Shown: piece by piece, positions 30,975-39,709 of the stretch | How the letters are laid out: each line of letters opens with the position of its first letter | How positions within the stretch are numbered: the first letter of the stretch is position 1 | Virus record (IMG/VR): IMGVR_UViG_3300027848_000009 | Location: 91,888 to 155,887 of that record | DNA: 64,000 nt | Strand: one strand, 5' to 3' | DNA from: a virus | Translations under genes and position numbers: made by a program | Notes under the pieces: generated by a model | Databases searched by the model: none | The model's input: the letters and a program-made list of their open reading frames with translations, nothing else | What the model was told of the DNA's origin: nothing

Positions 30975-31396
30975 TGGAACGCGTAATCTACTCTCCAAGC
31001 GAAGACGAACTGGAAGAAGCACAGTCGATTGCCGAATCCAATGGACTGCTCATCCAAGTCGGCGACTCCGAAGCGACGAAAAACATGGACTTCGATCGCT
31101 CGAAAGTCCAAATAATTAGCATCCCGAGCGTTCAGGAATTGCGCCTTTCCAACACCTTTTTCAAGTTGGGTCAGCTTTTGCGCGTCGAGTACATCGACGA
31201 GTTCGACAGCGTCAACGGACTGGAAATGCGCCTGAGACACGAAACGGGCCTAGTTGAGGATTCCAACGGGAAAGTTTCACCATGCGGTTCGATCATCGTT
31301 TTTCCCATCAGGCCAGCGAACAGTGGCAAATACGCTGGCGAAATTTTCGACAACGATGGCGTCATCGCTACATTCACATGCGAGGTGAGAGCGTGA
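30974..31396 (+). CDS. hypothetical protein
   Basis: 140-aa ORF coupled on both sides. Confidence 0.7.
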   Translation: MERVIYSPSEDELEEAQSIAESNGLLIQVGDSEATKNMDFDRSKVQIISIPSVQELRLSNTFFKLGQLLRVEYIDEFDSVNGLEMRLRHETGLVEDSNGKVSPCGSIIVFPIRPANSGKYAGEIFDNDGVIATFTCEVRA

Positions 31397-31956
31397 AGTC
31401 CGACCACATCAACGTAAGTCACATTGACGTCGACTTTTCCAATTTCATAGAGGCTTTAGAAAACTGGTCAAAAATGCCAGACATCCCGATTGACTGGAAG
31501 AAGGCCAAGGTTGGCAATGGGGACGTGAGTGACGGGAGATCCAATAGCGTCATCGATCTTATGCCAGTCCTTGAAAATGAAACCTTTTCAGGACATCCCG
31601 TATCTGTCGAGTTCAAACGTTTACATGTACTGATAGACGAAATTGTTACCGAATACAAGGAACGATTCGGCATCCCTCTCCGCTTCGACAACGGATGGGC
31701 AGTAAATCGATACGAAATTAGTCAGGAATACGTCCCCCACTATGACTGGGCACCACTCGAAGACAGGGTGGTCAGCGTCGTCGTGATGGCTAATACCCCC
31801 ACTTCCGGCGGAGAACTAATTTTCCCCGACCACGATCTCACGGTACCTGCAGCAGCAGGCACGGTCGTCGTTTTCCCGTCGTCCTTTCCTTACAGGCATG
31901 CATCAATGCCTGTGAAAGAAGGAACGAAATACTCGATTGTTTCTTGGTTGGGTTAA
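31393..31956 (+). CDS. 2OG-Fe(II) oxygenase
   Basis: GTGA coupling; HYD...GGELIF...HASMPVKEGTKYS. Confidence 0.9.
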   Translation: MKSDHINVSHIDVDFSNFIEALENWSKMPDIPIDWKKAKVGNGDVSDGRSNSVIDLMPVLENETFSGHPVSVEFKRLHVLIDEIVTEYKERFGIPLRFDNGWAVNRYEISQEYVPHYDWAPLEDRVVSVVVMANTPTSGGELIFPDHDLTVPAAAGTVVVFPSSFPYRHASMPVKEGTKYSIVSWLG

Positions 31957-31958
31957 TC

Positions 31959-32522
31959 ATGTTTCCAAAAATCTACGAAGACTACATTTACGTCTACGAA
32001 AAATCCGTTGTCATTGAAGAAGGCATGGAGGACGTGATCAGGAGGGGGACTGCCTCGGATTGGTCTTTCGTGAGTTTTACGACAGTCGTGCCGGAATCAG
32101 CCGATGTCGCGCTCTCGGAGATCGCCTCTCTCAATCCACTATCGACCCAAGTCGACGACGTTTTCCTAAATTACTTGAGAGAGAAAATTACTTCAATAGA
32201 TTTTATTTCATTAGAAAATTTCCAAGATTACTGTCTATCCCATGACATTTCTGCTAAACAATTTTCTTCTTACGACATGATTAGAATTTCTTCTACAAGC
32301 AACAATGGGTTCTCTGCAATTGTAGGAGGACTGCTGCAAGACGGAATTATATCCGAGGTTGTATCTATCTCTCCGAATGATACAAAACTTGACTTTCCCC
32401 ACCTCGGAATAGAAGTACCCATTTCGCAGGGTGACACAGTTTTTATTCCGGGCGGATTCCCATACTCTTTCCGATGTTTAGCAAACCCATCCAATATCTT
32501 CCTAAAACGTTCTTGTCGGTAA
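31959..32522 (+). CDS. degenerate 2OG-Fe(II)-oxygenase-like protein
   Basis: LDFPHLGIEV...GDTVFIPGGFPY matches the jelly-roll of its neighbours, but HxD and distal His are absent. Confidence 0.55.
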   Translation: MFPKIYEDYIYVYEKSVVIEEGMEDVIRRGTASDWSFVSFTTVVPESADVALSEIASLNPLSTQVDDVFLNYLREKITSIDFISLENFQDYCLSHDISAKQFSSYDMIRISSTSNNGFSAIVGGLLQDGIISEVVSISPNDTKLDFPHLGIEVPISQGDTVFIPGGFPYSFRCLANPSNIFLKRSCR

Positions 32523-32525
32523 AAA

Positions 32526-34010
32526 TTGGGAGTTTCAAAAATCGTCATAGTCGGATCTGGCACTGCCGGACTTGTTAACGCCCTCGTTCTTAAAAAAGTG
32601 TTGAGCAAGTTAGATGTCACCGTCGTTTCATCTGAATCAATCGGCATTATTGGTGTAGGTGAAGGAAGCACCGAGCACTGGACAACATTCGAAAAATTGA
32701 CAAATATTGATCGATCTGAGATGGTACGAGAAACCGGAGCCACCTTCAAATTTGGAATTAGATTTCTCGACTGGACAACACACACACCCGACTACTTCCA
32801 TAGCATCAGTGGCGGACAGGCCACACAGGCGACCTTCAACGGAACCTACAACTGGGCGGTCGCTCAAGAAAAGCAGTTGACTCCAACATTCGGAACACCG
32901 TCGATCATCCACAATCTGGTCAGAGAAACCGAAGAAAACATATTAGACCAAACAAACCAGTTTCATTTCGATACGTTTCTCCTGAACAAATATCTGAAAA
33001 GCAAGTGTTCAGATGCTGGTGTCAACTTCATTGAGGGAACAGTCGTAGGGATTCGCCGCGATCCAATCACTGGAGACGTTTCAGGGATACATCTTGAGGA
33101 CCGCGAAGATGTGATCGAAGCAGACTTCGTCGTTGACGCTTCAGGTTTCCGTCGTGAGGTCATTTCCAGACTAGGGGATGCAAGGTGGGAGTCATTCGAG
33201 GATTACCTCCCTACCGACAGCGCTGTCGTTTTCCAAACACCAGAAGACACCGTCAACGGCATAAAGCCTTACACGTTGGCAACCGCGATGAGTTCTGGCT
33301 GGATGTGGGAAATTCCAACTATCAGTCGCCGCGGCAATGGTTACGTTTTCTCTTCATCACATATCTCTGACGAGGATGCAGTAGATGAGGCGTCGAGAGT
33401 GAGTGGCTTCGATGTTCCAGATACCGCTCGTATCATTAGGTACAATTCTGGATACCTGAAAGAAACATGGAAGCACAACTGCGTCGCTGTCGGTCTTTCT
33501 TCCAACTTTATTGAGCCGCTTGAAGCAACATCAATTTCCGCCTCCATAAATCAGGCGATACTTTTGACGAGTTACATTCCTGCGTACTCCCCCGATGCAA
33601 GCATTATCAGGTCTGAATATTGCCGCATTTTTGATTCCATGATGGAAAACTTATTGACAATGATTTCGCTTCACTATGTTTCCAATAGGGACGATACAAG
33701 CATGTGGGCGGATCAGAAACATCGGCCACTACCGCCCACCCTTTCCACGATTATCGAGATTATGAAGTATCGCGGTCTGGAAGAACACGACATACCAGAC
33801 TGCGGATTTGATCTATTTAGATCCTTCCATTTTTGGCACGTTGCTCAGGGGCAGGGTTTGATTTCGAAAGATGTCTGCGCCAGCAATATCTCGATGCGTG
33901 GCACCAATGACCTACTCGAACGCAGCGTTTCAGATAGCATTTCCGGAAGCCGACACGGCAAATTGATCGGACACAAAGAAGCACTCATGAAAGGTTGCAG
34001 TCGTGGCTAA
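32526..34010 (+). CDS. flavin-dependent halogenase, tryptophan halogenase (PrnA-like) family
   Basis: GSGTAG, GVGEGS, TFKFGIRF (catalytic Lys), WMWEIP, FIEPLEATSI. Confidence 0.92.
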   Translation: MGVSKIVIVGSGTAGLVNALVLKKVLSKLDVTVVSSESIGIIGVGEGSTEHWTTFEKLTNIDRSEMVRETGATFKFGIRFLDWTTHTPDYFHSISGGQATQATFNGTYNWAVAQEKQLTPTFGTPSIIHNLVRETEENILDQTNQFHFDTFLLNKYLKSKCSDAGVNFIEGTVVGIRRDPITGDVSGIHLEDREDVIEADFVVDASGFRREVISRLGDARWESFEDYLPTDSAVVFQTPEDTVNGIKPYTLATAMSSGWMWEIPTISRRGNGYVFSSSHISDEDAVDEASRVSGFDVPDTARIIRYNSGYLKETWKHNCVAVGLSSNFIEPLEATSISASINQAILLTSYIPAYSPDASIIRSEYCRIFDSMMENLLTMISLHYVSNRDDTSMWADQKHRPLPPTLSTIIEIMKYRGLEEHDIPDCGFDLFRSFHFWHVAQGQGLISKDVCASNISMRGTNDLLERSVSDSISGSRHGKLIGHKEALMKGCSRG

Positions 34011-34713
34011 GAATCCAAGTTTTCACTTTCCGACCGGAAAGATTGGTCAAATCATGTATGGGGATAACTTGATCCCAAAACGAATATGTGAAGGATTGAT
34101 AGATGAAAGCAGTCGCTACTTCGACAGGCTTTTCAAGCCCGGGATAACTATTAGTGGATCGAACCCCCTTGTCAAGTCGTCAAGTGACTTCAACTTTTCT
34201 AAAAAGATGATTGATGAGGTCGGTGTCGACTCAAGCAATTTTGCATTTTACGAGAACGAAGTTTCAGTTGGTTTGTACTCGGCTATCGCCCACTACATTC
34301 AAGAATATGAAGAATTGTGGAATTGGCCGGGCGTTCAGGATACGGGCTACCGGATGCAAAGATACTTCCGCAATCACGGTTACTACAGGGCCCACGTCGA
34401 CGGCAATCCATGGGAGTCCATATCGGGTGGCGAGAAACCACGAGTACTAGGCGTGATCATCTACCTCAATGATGTCGAAGTTGGTGGAAGTACATATTTC
34501 CCCAGCCATGACGTTCATGTCCCAGCAAAAGCAGGTCGAATCAGTGTTTTCCCAACGAATTGGACCCACCCCCACATGGGGCAGGTACCGATTACTTCAG
34601 ATAAGTGGATAATCAGTACTTTTATGACCGCCGACATTTACGATCGGACACCAGCACAAGAGCCCGAAACGTACGCCAAGGATAACGAATCCTCCGAAAC
34701 AGATGGCTCGTGA
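34003..34713 (+). CDS. 2OG-Fe(II) oxygenase
   Basis: HVD...YLNDVEVGG...HMGQVPITSDKWII. Confidence 0.9.
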   Translation: MAKNPSFHFPTGKIGQIMYGDNLIPKRICEGLIDESSRYFDRLFKPGITISGSNPLVKSSSDFNFSKKMIDEVGVDSSNFAFYENEVSVGLYSAIAHYIQEYEELWNWPGVQDTGYRMQRYFRNHGYYRAHVDGNPWESISGGEKPRVLGVIIYLNDVEVGGSTYFPSHDVHVPAKAGRISVFPTNWTHPHMGQVPITSDKWIISTFMTADIYDRTPAQEPETYAKDNESSETDGS

Positions 34714-34745
34714 TGGTAAAATAAGGTTTAAGGTTGGAGGTAACC

Positions 34746-34892
34746 ATGGCTGAACCAGAGGAAGACTACGTCCCAGAAGGGTGGGACCCCGAACTTCAGA
34801 GATTTGTTCGTGACGACGGAGCAGCCGATCCCGTTGTCACCTGTTTCGTTTTTGAAAACAACCCGATTTACGAGAATGAGGAATCAGAATAA
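34746..34892 (+). CDS. 48-aa acidic protein (not in ORF track)
   Basis: GGAGG RBS, MAEPEEDYVPEGWDPE...; TAATG coupling. Confidence 0.65.
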   Translation: MAEPEEDYVPEGWDPELQRFVRDDGAADPVVTCFVFENNPIYENEESE

Positions 34893-35176
34893 TGGGAAAG
34901 TACGACATCGATGACGATTATGGCTTTCGCATCACACAGATCGCTCGACTCATCTCACTTTGCGGTGAAGACGAGACGCGGGCCACAGAAATTACCGTCG
35001 ACGAACTGACGGGCCTGCTGGCCGGGCACTACTACCCAAACGCGAGCCCGACGTCGCCTATGAACACAAACGCCGAGAAGGTGTTGTATCGAGTTTTCTA
35101 CAGAACAAAAGAGCAAGCAAGAACGAACTGCTATTACCGCGACATTCTGAAAGCAAGGATGTTTGGAGATGTCTAA
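34892..35176 (+). CDS. hypothetical protein
   Basis: Similar to 28813-29148. Confidence 0.65.
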   Translation: MGKYDIDDDYGFRITQIARLISLCGEDETRATEITVDELTGLLAGHYYPNASPTSPMNTNAEKVLYRVFYRTKEQARTNCYYRDILKARMFGDV

Positions 35177-35876
35177 CATGACCCCAATCCAACTCTATTC
35201 GGTGACCGAGGCGCTTTCGAATCCCAGCCACCACACCACAGACACAATCGAAAACCGCAAGGCTTTTGGACAAGCGGTCAAAAAAGAAGAAATCCAGCTT
35301 GGCGCCCAGCAAGACAGGAACTCCACTGGATGGTCCACCGAGATCGCGCATTACGAGATGCTCTCACTGGGGTCGTTCAACTTCAACGTCATCCTCTCTG
35401 GGTATCTCACCGCCCTAGAGGGAATTATCAGGTCAGCGAACCCCAGTAAACTCTTTTGTAGCGGTGGCGCATCTCTGCGTGTCGTCAGTCAGGGCGATTT
35501 TGGAGCGGAACTTTTCGTTGAAAACTCCATCCACCTCGACTACATCGAGCGGCACATCGGCATTCCTGATGACGTCACTTATAATATAATTACGCATACA
35601 GATGTCGAGTCCGGAACATTCCCGGCTCAACTCGACTGCGCCATCCTAGATACTGTGACGGCATCAAGAAATATTCATATTCTTGACTCGTTGATTAACA
35701 ACATTCCTTCAGGGAAGACGATAATCCTGACAGTCTCTCTGGATCAAGGCTTTCTGGCCCAATACGGGGATAATCATGACTTCTGGCCAATGTTCAGAGA
35801 CCTCGCTAGTCGTGATGACATCCGAGTCCACCACATCCCCCTATCGCTTGGTCTAACTATCATCACAAAACGTTGA
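35169..35876 (+). CDS. methyltransferase-fold protein (divergent)
   Basis: LDCAILD...RDDIRVHHIPLSLGLTIITKR resembles an O-methyltransferase C-terminus. Confidence 0.55.
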   Translation: MSNMTPIQLYSVTEALSNPSHHTTDTIENRKAFGQAVKKEEIQLGAQQDRNSTGWSTEIAHYEMLSLGSFNFNVILSGYLTALEGIIRSANPSKLFCSGGASLRVVSQGDFGAELFVENSIHLDYIERHIGIPDDVTYNIITHTDVESGTFPAQLDCAILDTVTASRNIHILDSLINNIPSGKTIILTVSLDQGFLAQYGDNHDFWPMFRDLASRDDIRVHHIPLSLGLTIITKR

Positions 35877-35895
35877 AATAGTGTAGGCTGCAGCA

Positions 35896-36741
35896 ATGGC
35901 CGACCTGAACAGCGATAAAATTATTACCGCTCGATTTCTGGGCGATATTCCAGAGGTGAAGCCGGGCCAAATTCTGGTTGCACCGTCTAGTAATAGGATG
36001 TACGACGAGAGAATTCATCCAGTCGATAACTTTCTTAACTTCCCTCAGTGGTTCAAAGATCTGGATTCCGAGCAGCAAACGCTCAAGAGGTGTCAAGGTA
36101 CTCAAGACTATTTGACGACCGGAATGACGTTGCGCCTACCCAGTGATGTGAAAATTCGACTAGACGCTGTCGGCCAAGGCTGGGAATCCAGATATGAAGT
36201 CGCCGAAAACATTCCTCATCTGGGTGTCGAGAGCTTCTCTTACGATCAGACAGGTCCGATTCCAGCCACTGAAGGCAGGAAGATCAAGCGCGCCAACTGG
36301 ATCAAACTCCTAAACCCTTGGGAAGTAAAGACCGCACCCGGTTGGTCGTCAATGATTCTTCCCGTTCTGTGGGAGCAAAGCCGAGACTGGTCGCTAGTTC
36401 CCGGAGTGGTTCATACCGATTTCTACCATCACATGAATTGGGTCCTCAACATCTATACGGATGCGGAAGAATTAGTTATCCCAATGGGAACTCCGGTCGC
36501 ACATGTCATCACGTTTCCTCGAACAGTCAAGAGCGAGGTCGTTTATGGAGACGAAGGTGTCCATAATCTCATTTACTCCAGAGGTATGGGAAGCGTGTTC
36601 GGTGGCCACGTTGATAGCAGGGATAGAAAATACAGGATCCACCAGAGGAAGGTTGATTCCGGGTGTCCAATATTTCACGGAACCCCAGAAAAGAAGAGAG
36701 GCCGGTGGAGTAGGATTTTCCGCTCCATTTGGCGCCACTAA
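35896..36741 (+). CDS. DUF6065-related / dUTPase-like beta-clip protein
   Basis: KRCQG..DYLTTG, KTAPGWS, PGVVHTD, IPMGTPVAHVI; leaderless TAGGCT-N6-ATG. Confidence 0.6.
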   Translation: MADLNSDKIITARFLGDIPEVKPGQILVAPSSNRMYDERIHPVDNFLNFPQWFKDLDSEQQTLKRCQGTQDYLTTGMTLRLPSDVKIRLDAVGQGWESRYEVAENIPHLGVESFSYDQTGPIPATEGRKIKRANWIKLLNPWEVKTAPGWSSMILPVLWEQSRDWSLVPGVVHTDFYHHMNWVLNIYTDAEELVIPMGTPVAHVITFPRTVKSEVVYGDEGVHNLIYSRGMGSVFGGHVDSRDRKYRIHQRKVDSGCPIFHGTPEKKRGRWSRIFRSIWRH

Positions 36742-36788
36742 TGATGGTAATATGTAAAACAGGACGCGTCGCCGAGAGGAATTAGTAA

Positions 36789-37160
36789 ATGGCCTTCTAC
36801 CAGAAACGAATCGTTGGCCCCACTACTCTGGGTACAACCGCAAGTAGCATTACCGTACCAGTATCATCATCATACGAAGTCCCCGTTGGTTCCACGGTAA
36901 TCATTAAACAAATTATCGTCACAAATATTACCGCCTCATCCAAGACGGTAACAATTTGGGTCGTTCCAGCCAACACCTCAGCGGCGGACTCACACATCAT
37001 TTTCCACGATCTCCTCATCAACGCCAACGAGACAACTCTCATCAACATGTCGCTAGTCATGTCTGAAGGGAACCCTGACGGAGACAAGCTCTACGCTAGG
37101 GCAAGTGCCGTTTCAGCGGTGAATATGACCATTAGCGCGGTGGACGAGGACGCAACCTGA
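36789..37160 (+). CDS. probable virion structural protein
   Basis: Beta-rich; IIKQIIVTN...GDKLYARAS. Confidence 0.6.
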   Translation: MAFYQKRIVGPTTLGTTASSITVPVSSSYEVPVGSTVIIKQIIVTNITASSKTVTIWVVPANTSAADSHIIFHDLLINANETTLINMSLVMSEGNPDGDKLYARASAVSAVNMTISAVDEDAT

Positions 37161-37843
37161 TGGGCGGGATCGTAAGGGTTAACGCCCCAGATCCCCTCGC
37201 CGAGTATATAAATTCCGCTGACGAGATCTACGGAACAGGCGTAGATGGGAGCGTTCAGATAACGGCGGATGCACACCTGATCTCCGACATGTTTTACTAC
37301 AACCTCACTATTGACCCATCAATAACTTTATTTACTGATGGTTACAGGGTATTCGTCAAAAATCTTCTCACACTTGGCGACAATTCGGTTATTGGTAATC
37401 CCGGTGGTTTTTCTGGAACCGGAACTCTCCTCAGTGGTGGAAGCACGGTCGGCGAAAACGTCACCAACAGCCTTGGCGGCGACGCCGCTGCTACCTACAC
37501 TGCCACGCCTCCAACCGCAGCCAATGGTGGCAGCGTTTACTATCGGTACCCGTCGCAGGCAATATTGGGATACCAGATCACCGCTTCCTCTAGCGGGCCC
37601 GTCTATCTTCGTGGCGGCGCTTCTGCCACCGGAACTTCCGGTGGTGGCGTTGTCATCGTCGCCGCGCGTTACATCTCCTGCAACGGAACGGCTCAAGTAT
37701 CAGCCACTGGCGGAGTCAGCGCTGGCGGTGGAGTCGTCATTCTTGTCAGCACGCCAAGTGTCGCCCCCGCTGGGCTAGTTCTCAACGTTGCAGGGCAAAC
37801 TGGTGGAGCCAGTGGGACGGCCATTTATCTAGAGGTTGACTGA
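37160..37843 (+). CDS. Gly-rich structural protein
   Basis: IYGTGVDG...YYNLTI...GYRVFV, GGGVVIV repeats; shares N-terminal domain with the next gene. Confidence 0.7.
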   Translation: MGGIVRVNAPDPLAEYINSADEIYGTGVDGSVQITADAHLISDMFYYNLTIDPSITLFTDGYRVFVKNLLTLGDNSVIGNPGGFSGTGTLLSGGSTVGENVTNSLGGDAAATYTATPPTAANGGSVYYRYPSQAILGYQITASSSGPVYLRGGASATGTSGGGVVIVAARYISCNGTAQVSATGGVSAGGGVVILVSTPSVAPAGLVLNVAGQTGGASGTAIYLEVD

Positions 37844-39399
37844 TGGGCATTGTTCGAATTAAGGCAAAGCCTGACCAAAGGCTAGGAAATGATTCGATTT
37901 ACGGATCCGGGTACGATGGTTCCACGGTAATTTCGTCTACATTCATAATGAATAGAGACTATTATTGGGACAACTTGACGATCAACTCTACCGGTAACCT
38001 GTTCACCAACGGTTACCGAGTGTTTGTGCAGAACACTCTCACCATGGCACAGAATGCCACGATGGGGATGTCCGCGTCATCCAACATAACCGACGTAAAC
38101 ACCTTTGGGACGTTGATCGGCCGAGCGGACGATGCCGAGACCGGCATCACAAAGCAATACGTCCTAGGTGACAGTTCGTCCGGAACTCAGGTGCCACCAT
38201 CGATCATCCATGATCTCAATTTCTCCATCCGTGGATGGCACTACGACCCGGTGGTCGGCTTCCGTCGAGTAGAAGGTGGAGACGACGGTGGCCAAGGCGT
38301 GAATGTCGCCGGAACTGCCGGTGGCGGCAGTAACGCAGGCGCAGGCGGTGCAGGTAGCTCTGGAGGCTCTGGAGGCTCTGGAGGCTACGCTCCAGCACCG
38401 GCTAACCCCGGCAATCCGGGAAATCCGGGGACCACCGGAGCAAGCGGCAACCCGGGAAATCCGGGAAATCCCGGAAATGCTGGCGCGCAAGGTATCGGTG
38501 GTCAAGGTGGAGATGGCGGTGGCCTTGTAGTCGTTGTTGCAAAAAACATCGTTTACAGCGGCGAAAGTGGCACGGCCGTCATCGAGTCTTGGGGAAGGCC
38601 GGGATATTATGGTTCAAAAGGAAATGACGGAACTGTTGGGACTACCGGTACAGCAGGAACTGGTGGCGCAGCAGGAACGGTTGGGGCCGCAGGGAACGCA
38701 GGCAGCGGCTACCCGGCTCAATCTTACCCATCGACACAAAACCCGATCGTTCACACTGTATCAGGCCACAATCCTTCGACTCGGAACCATCATACCGCAA
38801 GCAGTCATACCGCTGCAACCGCAATTCACGCCAACGCTCATGGCGGTCGAACCATAATTAATCACGACTGCAAAGCGGATACAAACCCGGCCGCTCATCA
38901 CCACAGGAGAAGCAACCAGCACAGCAATTTCCATAACGACGGCTACAAAGGCTCGATGCATCAATTTTTACTAAGAAGCAACGCCCACCACGGCGTCCAC
39001 AACCCTGCCACCAACACGGGAAACCATCATTGCAACACCAATTACAACCCCAACCATAACCATACGTATGTTTCTGGGCACAACCCTGCCACAACAAACC
39101 ACCATCACGTTGCGGGCAGCCACAACCCTCAGACCCAAAATCATGCGGCAAGTGGAGGCACCCACAACGCTGCCGTTCACTATCCTGCGATTCCCGGTGG
39201 CGCCGAGGGAATAGGTGGAACGGCGGGGGCCGGTGGCGCAGCAGGTGCGGCGGGTGTCGGTGGCGCCAAGGGAATAGGTGGAACGGGCGGAACCGGAACG
39301 GTTGGACTTCGCGGCGGATTGCTTGTCGTGTGCGACACAATTTCGGCGTCGATTAACACAGTTAATGGCGGGCATGGAACTGTTTTACTCAACGCTTAA
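37843..39399 (+). CDS. collagen-like Gly-rich fibre protein with His/Asn-rich insert
   Basis: GNP/GTA/GAA triplets flanking about 160 aa rich in H, N, T, P. Confidence 0.75.
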   Translation: MGIVRIKAKPDQRLGNDSIYGSGYDGSTVISSTFIMNRDYYWDNLTINSTGNLFTNGYRVFVQNTLTMAQNATMGMSASSNITDVNTFGTLIGRADDAETGITKQYVLGDSSSGTQVPPSIIHDLNFSIRGWHYDPVVGFRRVEGGDDGGQGVNVAGTAGGGSNAGAGGAGSSGGSGGSGGYAPAPANPGNPGNPGTTGASGNPGNPGNPGNAGAQGIGGQGGDGGGLVVVVAKNIVYSGESGTAVIESWGRPGYYGSKGNDGTVGTTGTAGTGGAAGTVGAAGNAGSGYPAQSYPSTQNPIVHTVSGHNPSTRNHHTASSHTAATAIHANAHGGRTIINHDCKADTNPAAHHHRRSNQHSNFHNDGYKGSMHQFLLRSNAHHGVHNPATNTGNHHCNTNYNPNHNHTYVSGHNPATTNHHHVAGSHNPQTQNHAASGGTHNAAVHYPAIPGGAEGIGGTAGAGGAAGAAGVGGAKGIGGTGGTGTVGLRGGLLVVCDTISASINTVNGGHGTVLLNA

Positions 39400-39424
39400 T
39401 GTACAATTGGATAGGTGATTTCGT

Positions 39425-39709
39425 ATGGCTACCCTAAAAATGACTCCAGAACAAAGACGCAAAGCGCTACTCGATGCTAGGCGTGACTTAGAAGCAACCA
39501 TTTACACAATGGCTGCCGCACTCGGTCTCGACGTTGACCTGCTGGATGACATCACCCAAATTGGTAGCCTTTGGCACGATCCGGAACTAGACATCCCTAC
39601 GATCGCTGCCGACGACAGGGAGTGGCCGATCTACCTCAAATTGGGGCATTTGACCGACAGGCTTGCTCTCGTTATTGATAAACTTGAGGGACCTAACCGG
39701 ATCGTCTAA
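39425..39709 (+). CDS. small helical protein (paralog family of 29375-30059)
   Basis: EQRRKALLDARRDLEATIYTMAAALGLDVD. Confidence 0.7.
   Translation: MATLKMTPEQRRKALLDARRDLEATIYTMAAALGLDVDLLDDITQIGSLWHDPELDIPTIAADDREWPIYLKLGHLTDRLALVIDKLEGPNRIV

Noticed and set aside
32526-34010. Pyrrolnitrin- or indolocarbazole-type biosynthetic cluster
   Set aside because: No prnB-D or reb-like genes, and no flavin reductase, were recognised; substrate is unknown, so no gene symbol was given.
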